DNA of 64,000 nucleotides from an uncultured Planctomycetota bacterium (GCA_963845755.1 CAWJTV010000033.1:384001-448000), one strand, 5' to 3'. Shown: positions 31,562 to 44,279, numbered from the stretch's first letter. Notes: a model not told the origin generated them from the sequence alone. Numbers and translations: made by a program.

Positions 31562-33350
31562 TCACCCTTCGTGTTCGAGCTCCAGGACCACCGCGTGCCA
31601 GTCCCCGGGCTGGAGTTGCTGGACCGACTGTTGAACGCGTTTCATGTCGCGGGTCGCGATATAGGGCCGGGATGCGGGCGTCTTCTTCCCCTTCGGTTCG
31701 ACCAAGCTGTGCAGCCGATCGAGGCGGAGCGGCAGGGGCTGGCGGCTCCAGACGGCGAACAGCCGCTCCGGCCCGGCCGGGGGCGTCATCTCGACGTCCA
31801 GGACCTGGATCGTCTTGTTCGCCGGGATCAGCGGCGCCGTGAACATGCCGCTCACCGCCGAGTCGTCGGGATAGAGGAGGCTCAAGTTGCCGGTCGGTCC
31901 GACGTTGAAGACCGTGATGTAACCCGCGCGGTCGGCCACGGTCTCGATCCGCATGCGATCGCCGGTCCGGAGTCGAACCTGCTCCGGGGGCGGCGGGACC
32001 TTCCTCATGTCGCGTGTGGTCACGAAGACCTTCGAACCGCTCGTCGCCGCGATCGGGACGAACCGGTTCGGACCGAGTTGCTGTCTGACGATCAGGCGAA
32101 GTCCCACCGGGCCAGAGCAGTGGGCCAGGCTCGGTCGTTGGCTCGGGGGCCTGCGGTGGCAAGCGGCCCGGCGCGGGCTCGGTCGTCGGTTCAGAACTCA
32201 GGAGGGGTGTCTTCATCGACAGCGTATCGACGAGGAGCTGATTGAGTTGACTGCGCAGGATCGAGACGAATTCCGCCAGGCCTGGCCGGCTGTTAGGCTC
32301 GGCGGATAGGCCGCTGCGGACGACCCGCTCCAGGGGCTCGGGCAGGACCGCGCACCGCGGATCGGGATCGGGGAGCCCGCGTTGCGCCTGGAGGCGCAGA
32401 TCGGCGATCGTCGGGCCGCGGAACGGCTTCTGCCCCGTGACGAGGGTGAATAAGCTCGCCGTCAGGCCGTAGACATCCAGCGCCGGGCTGACCTGGCCGT
32501 CGAACGCCTCCGGCGCCATGTAAGGAGTCGTCCCGGCGAGTCCGGAGGGCTCGGCCAGTCGGGCACCCACTCCCAGGTCGGTCAAGAGCGCCTCGTCGAT
32601 CTCCGGGTCCCACAGCATGTTGCCGGGCTTGACGTCGCGGTGGACGATCCCTCGCGCATGCACCGAAAGCAGTCCTTCGCCCACATCCGCCACGTAACGC
32701 GCCGCCGCCTGCCAGTTGAGCGGGCCCTCCCGATCCAGCCGATCGGCCAGCGAGCCGCCAGGAACATACTGGAGCACCAGCACGGGGTCGTCGTCGGATT
32801 CCAGCCAGCCAAGGACCTGGACGAGATTGGGGTGGCGGACGCTGACCAGCAGCTCGGCCTCATTCCGCAGTGCGTCCAGGAGATCCCGGCGCTTCTCCGT
32901 CGCGGCGCGAGGCCGGATCATCTTGAGCGCGACCTCGCGCTGGAATACGTTCAAGTCCTCGGCCAGCCAGACCTCGCTGAAGCCTCCCGAGCCCAGCAGC
33001 CGCACGATGCGATACCCCGGCACCACCGGCATGGTCGATTCCCGCGAATCCGCCGACCGCGATGGTGGGATCGTGCGCCCGATGGATCGGCCGGCGAAGA
33101 GGTCGTCCAGCAACCCGCCATCCAGCGGGAACCGTTCCCGATACTCCTCCCGTCCCGGAGATTTGTTCGCCTCGCGGCGAACCTCCAACTCGATGCACAA
33201 CAGGTCGTGCAACACCTCGGCCCGATGTGATTGCGGGACGGCATTCAGGAAGTCCTCAATCCGAGGACGTAGCCCCTTCCGCCACGCCGCCTCGAATCGG
33301 TCCGCGATCTCAATGATTTGTTCCAATCGGCCGACGGAATCTCGAGACAT
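31562..33350 (-). CDS. Ser/Thr kinase with C-terminal DUF4384-like domain (frameshift ~32108)
   Basis: ADRFEAAW N-terminus, GSGGFS, VALK, HRDVKPGN, DLG, APE; C-terminal LRTGDRMRIETVADRAGYITVFNVGPTGNLSLLYP. Confidence 0.8.
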
Positions 33351-33521
33351 GGTTCACTCCCACCGCCTGGCTCTCCGAACGACATGGTCGAGGGTGCAGG
33401 GAGCAGGCCGCTCGTTCGACAACACACACATCTAATGGATCGGCATGGGAAAAACAAGTGGTCAGCGCTTGTCCGAGCGGGCTCGTCGAAAAGGTGGGAT
33501 TTGCCTGATCGAGATGGGCGG

Positions 33522-33770
33522 TCATTCCATCTCGCCGAGGAACCGTCCGCCGTCGAGGCGGAAACACGCCCCGGTGACGAAGTTCGTGCCCTCGAGCAGG
33601 TACACGATCAGTCGATTGACGTCGCTGGCGGATCCGAAGCGTCAGAGCGGCGTGTAGGACCAGCACGGCCTGAATCTCATCTTCGGTGAGGTCGGAAGAC
33701 GGGTCGCTCATCGCCGGCTGGATCATCGCGACGAGGATGTACGGGGCGAGTTCCCCGGGGCCAGGGCGAG
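33522..33770 (-). pseudogene. Decayed duplicate of the 3' end of the SDR gene at 42827-43072
   Basis: Aligns by eye with 42827-43072 (...LEGTNFVTGACFRxDGGRFLGExE*); carries a frameshift and a CGA->TGA stop. Confidence 0.88.
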
Positions 33771-33992
33771 GCCATCCCTGGGCGTGCCTGCCGGTCTCGG
33801 ATCACGCCAGCGCCTGGACCGTCTCCGGCTCCTCATATCCCGGCCATCTCGAGTTTTCTCATGATCTCGAGCGGTTCGACCGGAGTTTGTCGCCCCGGCT
33901 GAATCGATGTTCTAGGTTGATCTTGTCAGGCGGAGTCGCTCTTCGTCCGACCTTGGCGCAACGATTCTCAGTCACTCATTGCGGGTGATGCC

Positions 33993-35099
33993 ATGATCTG
34001 CCAGGAATTGCCTACTCACACGTTCCCGCTCTCCAGCGCCCATACGACCACGTTTCCCAACCTCCTCGATCATCTGGGAATCTCGCTTCTGGTGACCACC
34101 TACCAGGCCGGAAAGTTGGTGATCCTGCGCGCCGAAGGTGATGTGCTCAACACCCATTTCCGGGGATTTAACAAGCCGATGGGACTGGCCGTGGACGGGG
34201 ACCGGCTCGCCATCGGTGCGGGAATCGAAATCTGGGAATACCACAATGTCCCCGCACTGGCTCGCCGACTCCAGCCCGCCGGAAAGCACGACGCCTGTTT
34301 TCTGCCACGATCGGGACATCTGACGGGCAACGTCCTGATCCACGAGATGGCCTGGCACGACGGCGAATTGTGGTTCGTCAACACGCGTTTCTCCTGCTTG
34401 TGTACCCGCGACCGATGGCACAGCTTCGTGCCGCGCTGGCGACCGGCGTTCATTTCCGGCCTGGCTCCGGAAGATCGCTGTCATCTCAACGGGCTCGGGT
34501 TCACCCCCGATGGCCGCTGCCTGGTCACCGCACTCGGCGAGACGGACTCCCCCAACGGCTGGCGGGCCGACAAGTGCCACGGAGGCATACTGCTGGATGC
34601 AGGACGCGGCGAGGTGCTGGTCCGCGACCTGGCGATGCCACATTCGCCCCGAGCCCATGACGGTCGAATCTGGTTGCTCGAGTCGGGTGCCGGGACTTTC
34701 GGATACATCGATGAACGCGCCGGACGCTACGAGCCCATCGCCGAGCTACCGGGCTTCACTCGCGGACTGGATTTCTACGGGGACTACGCCTTCATCGGAC
34801 TCTCGCAGGTTCGCGAGTCGTCCGTCTTTTCCGGTCTCCCCATCACCGACGGATCCGCGGAGCGCCACTGTGGCGTCTGGGTGGTCGACCTCCGCTCGGG
34901 TCGGACTGTCGCGTTCGTGAGATTCGAGGACGCCCTCCAGGAGATCTTCGCCGTCCAGGTTGTACCCCAGTTCCGCTTCCCGGAGCTGCTCAATGACGAC
35001 AGGGCGGTGCTGGCCGATTCGTTCGTCCTGCCGGATGCCGCCCTCGCGGACGTGCCCGCTTCGTTGCGATTTCCGTCCTCGCGCCGATCTTGTGCTTGA
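33993..35099 (+). CDS. TIGR03032 (DUF4915) family protein
   Basis: SLLVTTYQAGKLV, PMGLA, FVNTRFSCLC, EDRCHLNG, MPHSPR, LPGFTRG, IGLSQVRES. Confidence 0.9.
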   Translation: MICQELPTHTFPLSSAHTTTFPNLLDHLGISLLVTTYQAGKLVILRAEGDVLNTHFRGFNKPMGLAVDGDRLAIGAGIEIWEYHNVPALARRLQPAGKHDACFLPRSGHLTGNVLIHEMAWHDGELWFVNTRFSCLCTRDRWHSFVPRWRPAFISGLAPEDRCHLNGLGFTPDGRCLVTALGETDSPNGWRADKCHGGILLDAGRGEVLVRDLAMPHSPRAHDGRIWLLESGAGTFGYIDERAGRYEPIAELPGFTRGLDFYGDYAFIGLSQVRESSVFSGLPITDGSAERHCGVWVVDLRSGRTVAFVRFEDALQEIFAVQVVPQFRFPELLNDDRAVLADSFVLPDAALADVPASLRFPSSRRSCA

Positions 35100-35129
35100 T
35101 CCGATCACACTGTACCGGGTTGTGGTGCC

Positions 35130-38100
35130 ATGAGAATTCATCATAGCGATCGTCGAAGCAAGAAAGCCCGCAAAGCAACGGCGCGCCGCCGCTTGCTCCA
35201 CATGGAGACGCTCGAGGACCGGCGGCTCCTCGCCACGTTCACCGTCAGCAGCACCGCCGACTCCGGATCGAATACGTTGCGACAGGCGATCCTCGACGCC
35301 GCAGAGAATGACGAGGCGGACACGATCGACTTCGACGCCAGCCTCGCCGGCGAGACGATCACCCTGACCAGTAACGACTCGGACACCGCCTACGGACCGA
35401 CGGCCCTTGTCATCAACAACGATAACATCACCATCGATGGCTCCAACGCCCCATTGTTGACACTGAGCGGCAACGGGGCGCGGCGCCTCTTTGCCGTCGT
35501 CCAGCACCGCCACACTGACGCTGGAGAATATCACGCTCACGGACGGGCTGGCCCAAGGCGGCGCCGGCGGCAGCGGCGGCGTGAGCGGTAGCTCCGGCGG
35601 CGGCGGCGGCGGCGGCGGCGGTGCGGGACTGGGGGGCGCCATCTTCAACGAGGGGACCCTGAACGTCGTCCAGAGCACCCTTTCGGGAAACACGGCCATT
35701 GGGGGCAACTCGAGCCTTGCGGGAACTCAGTTTGGCGGCAGTGGTGGTGGCTCGGCCGCTTACAACGGCGGCGTTGGCGCCGACTACGGCGCCGGTGGCG
35801 GCGGCGGGGTTGACGGTGCGGGGGCCGGCGCCAGTGGAAACACGGGCGGAGTCGGCGGAGCCAATCAGTCGGGGACCCAGGCGTCAGCGGGGAGCAGTGG
35901 GACGCTGGGTGGTGGCGGCGGCGGCGGCAGCAAGGCGGTGGCGGGCGGGAGTGGCACGGCCGCGAGCGATAGCGGATTCGGCGGCGGCGGCGGCGGTGGC
36001 GGCGGTGAGACCACCAACGTGAACGGTGGAGCGGGCGGCGCGGGAGGGTTCGGCGCCGGTGGCGGCGGCGGTGGTGGAGCGGAATCGAACAACGGCACCG
36101 GCGGCGCCGGCGGCGCGGGAGGGTTCGGCGGCGGTGGTGGCGGCGGCGGGATCTATTCCTATACCGGAGACACGGGCGCCGGCGGCGTCGGTGGGTTCGG
36201 CGGCGGCAACGGCGCCGGCGGAGGGACCAATAGCGGCGGGAAAAAGGGTGGTGGCGGAGCCGGCATGGGGGGGGCCATCTTCAATGATGGCGGTACCGTC
36301 ACCGTCACCAACAGCACGCTTACGGGCAACACGGCCCAGGGGGGCACGGGCGCCAACAACGGCGAGGGTCTCGGCGGCGCCATCTTCAGCCTCAACGGCA
36401 CCCTGAACGCCCTCAACGCCACGATCTCGATCAACACCGCCAACGCGGGAGACGGCGTCTATGTCTACGGCGACAACGCCACCGCCACGGCGACGATCAA
36501 CAACACGATCATCGGCCAGAGCACCAACACGACCTCAGACTTCGCCGCCAGTGCCAACGGAGGCGGCACCGATTCCACCTCCGGTGCTGGCAACCTGATC
36601 CGCTCCGCCACTAACTTCTCGGGTAGCATCGTTAGCACCGCCAATCCCCTCCTGGGCAGCCTGGCCGATAACACGGGGCCCACGGAAACGATGCTCCCCA
36701 CAGCCGGCAGCCCGGCCATCGACGCCGGTAACAACGCCGCGGCCTCCGACCTGACGATCGATCAGCGCGGCCTGCCCCGAAACTCTAACAGTACGGTCGA
36801 TATCGGCGCCGTCGAGGTGCAGTCTGAGACGGCGCCGACAATCACCAGCGCCGACTCCACCACGTTCACGGTGGGCAGCGCGGGGACGTTCTCGATCACA
36901 ACGACGGGCAATCCCACCGCAGCCCTCAGCGAGAGCGGAGCCCTGCCCGGTGGCGTCACGTTCGTCGACAACGGGAATGGGACGGCGACGCTCAGCGGAA
37001 CGCCTACCAGTGGAAGTGGTGGCACCTATACGCTGGACATTACCGCGTCCAACGGAAACTCCCCCGACGCCACGCAGACCTTCACACTCACCGTCGATCA
37101 GGCCCCCGCCATCACCAGCGACGACGCCACCACCTTCACCGTGGGCAGCGCGGGCACGTTCACGATCACCACCACCGGCTTCCCAACCGCCTCCCTGAGC
37201 GAGACCGGCGCCCTGCCTGGTGGTGTCACCTTCCTCGACAACGAGAACGGCACGGCGACGTTCAGCGGGACCCCGACGAGTGGCAGCGGCGGCACCTATA
37301 CGCTGACCATTACCGCATCGAACGGAGTCACACCCGAGGCCACCCAGACCTTCACGCTTACCGTCGATGAAGCCCCCGCCATCACCAGTGACGATAGCTC
37401 CACGTTTATCGTGAGCAGCCCGGGGACGTTCACCGTCATCACCACCGGCTTCCCCACCGCCGCTTTGAGCGAGAGTGGCACCCTACCCGGCGGCGTCACC
37501 TTCGTCGACGACGAGAACGGCACGGCGGCGCTCAGCGGAACGCCCACGAGTGGCAGCGCCGGCACCTACACGCTGACCATCACGGCATCGAACGGCGTCG
37601 AGCCCGACGCCACCCAGACCTTCACGCTCACGGTTAACCAGGTACCAGCGATCACCAGCGACGACGGCACCATGTTCACCGTGGGCAGCGCGGGGACGTT
37701 CTCGGTCACCAGTACCGGATTCCCGACCGCCTCCCTGAGCGAGGGTGGTGCACTACCGGGCGGCGTCACTTTTGTGGACAACGAGGACGGCACGGCGACG
37801 CTCAGCGGGACCCCGACGAGTGGCAGCGGCGGCACCTATACGCTGAACCTCACGGCATCGAACGGCGTCGGGCCCGAGGCCACCCAGAGCTTCACGCTCA
37901 TTGTCAATGAGGCCCCCACGATCACCAGCGACAACGGCACGACGTTCACCGTGGGCACCGCGGGGACGTTCTCGGTCACCACGACCGGCTACACAACTCC
38001 CACCCTGAACGAGATCGGCGCGCTACCGGGCGGCATCAGCTTCGTGGATAACGAGAACGGTACGGCGACGCTCAGCGGAACGCCGGCCGCAGGGAGTGGC

Positions 38101-41100
38101 GGCACCTATACATTGACCATCGCGGCATCGAACGGAATCGAGCCCGACGCCACGCAAACGTTCACACTGACGGTCGATCAGGCACCTGCCATCACCAGTG
38201 ACAATGACACGACGTTCACCGTGGGCAGCGCCGGCACGTTCTCGGTCACCAGTACGGGTTTTCCCAACGCCTCCCTCAGCGAGAGCGGCGCCCTGCCCGG
38301 CGGTGTGAGCTTCGTGGACAATGAGAACGGCACGGCGACGCTGAGTGGAACGCCCACCGGTGGCAGCGGCGGCACCTATACGCTGAGCCTCACCGCTTCG
38401 AACGGCGTCGAGCTCGAGGCCACGCAGACCTTCACCCTCACCGTCGATCAGGCCCCCGCGATCACCAGCGACAACGGCACGACGTTTACGGTGGGCAGCG
38501 CGGGGACGTTCTCGATCACCACCACCGGCTTCCCGACCGCTAGCCTGAGCGAGAGCGGCGCCCTGCCTGGTGGTGTCACCTTCCTCGACAACGACGACGG
38601 GACGGCGACGCTCAGCGGGACACCGGCCGCCGGAAGCGGAGGCACTTATTCGCTGAGCATTACCGCAGCCAACGGAATCACACCCGAGGCCGAGCAGACC
38701 TTCACGCTCACGATCGACCAGGCCCCCGCCATCACCAGCGACGATGCCACCACCTTCACCGTGGACAGCGCCGGCACCTTTACGATCACCACCACCGGCT
38801 TCCCGACCGCTGGCCTGAGCGAGAGCGGCGCCCTGCCCGGCGGTGTGAGCTTCGTGGACAATGAGAACGGCACGGCGACCCTCAGCGGGACACCGGCCGC
38901 CGGAAGCGGCGGCACTTATTCCCTGAGCATCACCGCGGCCAACGGAGTCACACCCGAAGCCGAGCAGACCTTCACGTTCACCATCGATCAGGCCCCCGCC
39001 ATCACCAGCGACGATGCCACCACCTTTACCGTGAGCAGCGCGGGCACGTTCACGATCACCACCACCGGCTTCCCCACCGCTAGCCTGAGCGAGAGCGGCG
39101 CCCTGCCCGGCGGCGTCACCTTCCTCGACAACGAGAACGGCACGGCGACCCTCAGCGGGACGCCCACGGGCGGAAGCGGCGGCACCTATACGCTGAGCCT
39201 CACGGCATCGAACGGCGTCTCCCCCGAAGCCGAGCAGACCTTCACCCTCACGGTCGATCAGGCTCCCGCCGTCACCAGCGACGATGCCACCACCTTCACC
39301 GTGGGGAGCGCAGGGACGTTCACGATCACGACCACCGGCTTCCCGACCGCTGGCCTGAACGAGAGCGGCGCCCTGCCCGGTGGTGTCACCTTCCTCGACA
39401 ACGGCGATGGCACGGCGACCCTCAGCGGAACGCCCACCAGTGGCAGTGGCGGCACCTATACTCTGAGCATTTCCGCGGCCAACGGAGTCACACCCGAGGC
39501 CGAGCAGACCTTTACTCTCACGGTCGACCAGGCGCCCGCCATCACCAGCGACGATGCCACCACCTTCACCGTGGGCAGCGCGGGGACGTTCTCAATCACC
39601 ACCACGGGTTTCCCCACCGCTGCCTTGAGCGAGAGCGGTGCCCTGCCCGACGGCGTCACCTTCCTCGACAACGACAACGGTACGGCGACTCTCAGCGGAA
39701 CGCCCACCAGTGGCAGTGGTGGCACCTATACGATCAGCATCACCGCGGACAACGAGGTCGAGCCCGAGGCCACCCAGACCTTCACCCTCACGGTCGATGA
39801 AGCCCCTGCGATCACCAGCGAGGATGACGCCACCTTCATCGCGGGCAGCGCGGACACGTTCACGATCACCACCACCGGCTTCCCGACCGCTGGCCTGAGC
39901 GAGAGCGGTGCCCTGCCCGGTGGCGTCACCTTCCTGGACAACGGCGATGGCACGGCGACGCTCAGCGGAACGCCGGCAGCCGGAAGCGGCGGCACCTATA
40001 CGCTCAGCCTCACCGCGGACAATGGGGTCACGCCCGAGGCCACCCAGTCCTTCACGCTCACGGTCGACCAGGCCCCCGCCATCACCAGCGACGATGCCAC
40101 GACGTTCACCGTGGGCAGCGCCGGGACCTTCACGATCACCACCACCGGCTTCCCGACCGCTAGCCTGAGCGAGAGCGGCGCCCTACCCGGCGGCGTCACC
40201 TTTTTCGACAACGACGACGGCACGGCGACCCTCAGCGGGACGCCCACGGGCGGGAGCGGCGGCACCTATACGCTCAGCCTCACCGCTTCGAACGGCGTTA
40301 CTCCCGAGGCCACCCAGTCCTTCACGTTCACGGTCAACCAGGCCCCCGCGATCACCAGTGACAATGACACCACGTTCACCGTCGGCAGCGCGGGGACGTT
40401 CTCGATCACGAGCACAGGTTTTCCCACCGCCGCCCTGAGCGAGAGCGGCGTCCTGCCCGGCGGTGTCACCTTCCTCGACAACGGCGATGGCACGGCGACG
40501 CTCAGCGGGACACCAGCCGCCGGAAGCGGCGGCACTTATTCCCTGAGCATTACCGCAGCCAACGGAATCACACCCGAAGCCGAGCAGACCTTCACGTTCA
40601 CCATCGATCAGGCCCCCGCCATCACCAGCGACAACGGCACCACGTTCACCGTAGGCAGCGCGGGGACCTTCACGATCACCACCACCGGCTTCCCGACCGC
40701 TGGCCTGAGCGAGAGCGGCGCCCTACCCAGCGGCGTCACCTTCCTCGACGACGACAACGGTACGGCGACGCTCAGCGGGACACCGGCCGCCGGAAGCGGC
40801 GGCACCTATACTCTGAGCATTTCCGCGGCCAACGGAGTCACACCCGAAGCCGAGCAGACCTTCACGTTCACCGTCGATCAGGCCCCCGCCATCACAAGTG
40901 ACGATGCCACCACCTTCACCGTGGGCAGCGCGGGCACGTTCTCGATCACCACCACCGGCTTCCTGACCGCTAGTCTGAGCGAGAGCGGCGCCCTGCCCGG
41001 CGGCGTCACCTTCCTCGACAACGACAACGGGACGGCGACCCTCAGCGGGACGCCCACCAGTGGCACCGGCGGCACCTATACGCTGAGTTTCACCGCGACC

Positions 41101-42611
41101 AACGGGGTCGAGCCCGAGGCCACCCAGTCCTACACGCTCACCGTCGATCAGGCCCCCGCCATCACCAGCGACGATGGCACCACCTTCACCGTGGGCAGCG
41201 CCGGGACGTTCTCGATCACGAGTACGAGTTTTCCCACCGCCACCCTGAGCGAGAGCGGCACTTTACCCATTGGCGTCAGCTTCGTCGACAACGGTGACGG
41301 TACGGCAACTCTCAGTGGCACGCCTGCGGCAGGCACGGTCGGGGTCTTCCCCTTGATCCTCACGGCCAGCAACGGCGTCTGCGCCCGACGCATCTCAGGA
41401 TTTCATGGTCACCGTTGCGGCTGCGAACAGCGCGGTCATGGTCAACATTTCGCCATCTCCATCGGTTTACGGACAATTGTTGACGATCAGTGCACGCGTA
41501 TCGACCAGCGTTTCAGGGATCGTGCCGTCGGGGACCGTGACCTTTCAGGAAGGCAACACGGTACTCGATCGAGCAACCCTAGACTCCTCCGGCAACGCGA
41601 CCTTCTCCACCACAACGCTGCTGGCTGTGGGTTCCCACACGATCACGGCGTCCTATAGCGGCGACGCCAATTTCAACCCAAGCACCTCGACGCCGGTAAG
41701 CCTGACGGTCAACCCGGCACCGACGCGCCGTGACCGCTCAGCCATCGACCTCGGCAACAAACGTCGGTGAGCCCATCACGTTCAACGCGACGATCACCGC
41801 ACCTCCGGGCACCGGCACTCCGACCGGCACGGTCACGTTCTTTGACGGAAATACGGTGCTCGGGACGGCGCCGGTCACTCCGGTCGGATCGGCGAGTCTG
41901 GCGGTCCTGTCGCCCTCAGGGGGGGTACACACGGATGCCGCGACCGACGAGAACGGACAGGCGACACTAACGGTCCCATCATTACCGGCGGGCACACATA
42001 CGATCACTGCGGTGTATAGCGGCGACGCGACACACGCACCGAGTACCACGGTGGTCGCCGACGTCGTGATCGTCGCAGCATCTCCCAGCAGCGAGCACGG
42101 ACCGACCGTGGTCTCCCTGGCACGGTACGGCTACCACGCCCAGCCCACCTACCTGGTTATCTACTTCGACGGATCGCTCGACCCGTCCACGGCAGAGAAA
42201 GCGTCGAACTACAAGGTCGCCGGGCCGATGAAACGTTCAGGTCCCCACACGCCAATCATTGTGACTTCGGCCGCGTACAACGCGGCCAGCGACACCGTCA
42301 CCCTGGCATTCAATCGGCGGTTTAACCTGCACTATCACTACCGGCTGACGATCAAAGGCGCCAGCTCATCGGGGATCACCGACAACTCGCATATCCCATT
42401 GAATGCGGCCAGCGCCACTCAGTCCGGTAGCAATTACGTCAAGATATTCGGGCCCAAGATCCTGGCGGGTAGGGCGAGTCAGCGGAACTCACTCGACCGG
42501 ACCATGTTCAGCTCTCACGACCAGGATACGACGGCAAAAGCGCATGTGGCTCTGGACCATATGCTGGCCAGGCCGATGACGCGCTTTCATCGTCGCCGGC
42601 CCAAGCCCTGA
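35130..42611 (+). CDS. Giant surface adhesin: export motif, Gly-rich beta-helix, choice-of-anchor-Q-like segment, 17 putative-Ig repeats, 2 Big_3-like domains (frameshifts ~35500, ~41380, ~41728)
   Basis: RRRLLHMETLEDRRLLA; GGAIFN; GSPAIDAG..DQRG..VDIGAVE; ESGALPGGVTF..NGTATLSGTP repeats; GxHTITAxYSGD; C-terminal GPTVVSLARYGYHAQPT. Confidence 0.88.
36832..41420 (+). repeat. 17 tandem 270-bp (90-aa) Ig-like repeats
   Basis: APAITSDDATTFTVGSAGTF unit recurs every 270 bp from 36832 to 41152. Confidence 0.93.
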
Positions 42612-42641
42612 GGCCGCCCGGCTTCGTTGTCCGGCTCTGGG

Positions 42642-42745
42642 CCTAACGCGGCCTTCGGCCGCAACCCAGGAGGGATTCGAGATTCGAGATTCCAGATCCG
42701 GAAATCGTTCCGTTGGGAATCTCGAATCTCGAATCTCGAATCCAG
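42642..42745. repeat. Dispersed 25-bp repeat plus inverted heptamer tract between convergent genes
   Basis: cctaacgcggccttcggccgcaacc (reverse complement at 20243); gattcga-gattcga-gattcca ... gaatctc x3. Confidence 0.7.
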
Positions 42746-42826
42746 GAGTCCCCAGATGCGCGCACGGCGGCACAGATCCTACGGAGGAAGACTCAACTCC
42801 TCCCTCCCCCAAGGCCGGACCCTGGC

Positions 42827-43612
42827 TCATTCCGCCTCGCCGAGGAACCGTCCGCCATCGACGCGGAAACACGCCCCAGTCACGAAGTTCGTGCCCTCGA
42901 GTAAGTAGAGGATCAGTCGATTGACGTCGCTGGACGATCCGAATCGTCGGAGTGGCGTGTGGGCCACCACGGCCTGAATCTCGTCCTCGGTCAGCTCGAC
43001 GGGCGGGTCGATCATCGCCGGCTGGATCATCGCGACGGGGATGTGCGGGGCGAGCTCTCGCGCGAGGGCGAGAGTCATCGTGGTCAGGCCGCCCTTGGCG
43101 ACCAGGTACGGGAGATAGTCCTTGTACGGCCGCTCGGTCGCCCAGTCACCGATGTTGACGATCTTCCCCTTGATCCCATCGTTAGCGGATTGTTCCTTCA
43201 TGACCCGCGCCACAGTAAGTGCGGTGTGATACGGCGCGGCGAGATTGGCCGCGATCATCTCGTCGAAGTCGGAAGGTGAGAGATCAGCCAACGGCGTACG
43301 CCGGAAGGCGCTGGCCATGTTGACCAGTGCATCGAGGCGTCCAAAATGATTGGCCACCCGCGCCACAGCGGCCTCGGCCTGCTCGGCCCGGGACAGGTCG
43401 GCGCCGACGGCCAGGCCATGAACGCCCAGGCCCTCGACAGCCTGGATCGTTGCCTCGATACGCGTGCGACTGGTGTGATAGGTCATGGCGATGTGGGCGC
43501 CGCGACCCGCGAGCAACAGCGCCAGCTCGCCGCCGACGCGACGGCCGCCCGTGATCAGCACGACTTTGCCGTGGAGGGAATCGGCAACATCATTCGTTGG
43601 GGGCGTTTCCAT
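42827..43612 (-). CDS. SDR oxidoreductase (pteridine reductase/FolM-like)
   Basis: VVLITGGRRVG, LDALVNMAS, YLVAK (YxxxK), VTGACFRVDGG. Confidence 0.88.
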   Translation of the reverse strand: METPPTNDVADSLHGKVVLITGGRRVGGELALLLAGRGAHIAMTYHTSRTRIEATIQAVEGLGVHGLAVGADLSRAEQAEAAVARVANHFGRLDALVNMASAFRRTPLADLSPSDFDEMIAANLAAPYHTALTVARVMKEQSANDGIKGKIVNIGDWATERPYKDYLPYLVAKGGLTTMTLALARELAPHIPVAMIQPAMIDPPVELTEDEIQAVVAHTPLRRFGSSSDVNRLILYLLEGTNFVTGACFRVDGGRFLGEAE

Positions 43613-44162
43613 CGCGAATTCCTCTCCAGAGCACGTCGGCCACACCGGCTTGGCGATTCACCGAGCGGGCCAGGTCGAACAAGAGATCGCTGAGCCGATT
43701 CAGGTAGACGATCAACTCTCTCGGGACGGCAACGCCCGGCTGCCGCGACAGGGTCACGGCCAGCCGCTCGGCGCGGCGGCAGACCGTCCGCGCCAGGTGA
43801 AGCTGCGCCGCGGGCAAGGCGCCCCCGGGAAGGATGAACTGGGTCAGTCGCTCCAGCTCGTCCTCCAACCCATCGATCATGGATTCCAGGCGTCCGACGT
43901 GTTGCTGCGTGATGGCATTGTGGAATGGTCCCTGTGGGGATGGGTCGGCGAATGCCGAACCGACGACGAACAATTCGTCCTGGATCTGGGCGACGAGGCG
44001 GTCGGCCGGGGCGTCGAGCCCGTGGGCCCGCACCACGCCGAGCGCGGCGTTCAGCTCATCGACCGTGCCGTAGACCTCCACGCGCAGGTCATCCTTGGAC
44101 ACACGACCGCTCCCTAGCAAGCCCGTGAATCCGTCGTCGCCCGTCTTTGTATAGATTCGCAC
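43590..44162 (-). CDS. PduO-type cob(I)alamin adenosyltransferase
   Basis: IYTKTGDDG, YGTVDELNA, FILPGG, RTVCRRAER, YLNRLSD. Confidence 0.95.
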   Translation of the reverse strand: MRIYTKTGDDGFTGLLGSGRVSKDDLRVEVYGTVDELNAALGVVRAHGLDAPADRLVAQIQDELFVVGSAFADPSPQGPFHNAITQQHVGRLESMIDGLEDELERLTQFILPGGALPAAQLHLARTVCRRAERLAVTLSRQPGVAVPRELIVYLNRLSDLLFDLARSVNRQAGVADVLWRGIRDGNAPNE

Positions 44163-44279
44163 AGTTGACCCCTCGTCCCGGGTGGCCCCCATTGGCGAGC
44201 TTGACCTCTCGCCATATACTAGGCGCGTCCGTCGTGACCGACCATAGCCGATGCCCCTTTGAGACGGAGATCCGGCCCG

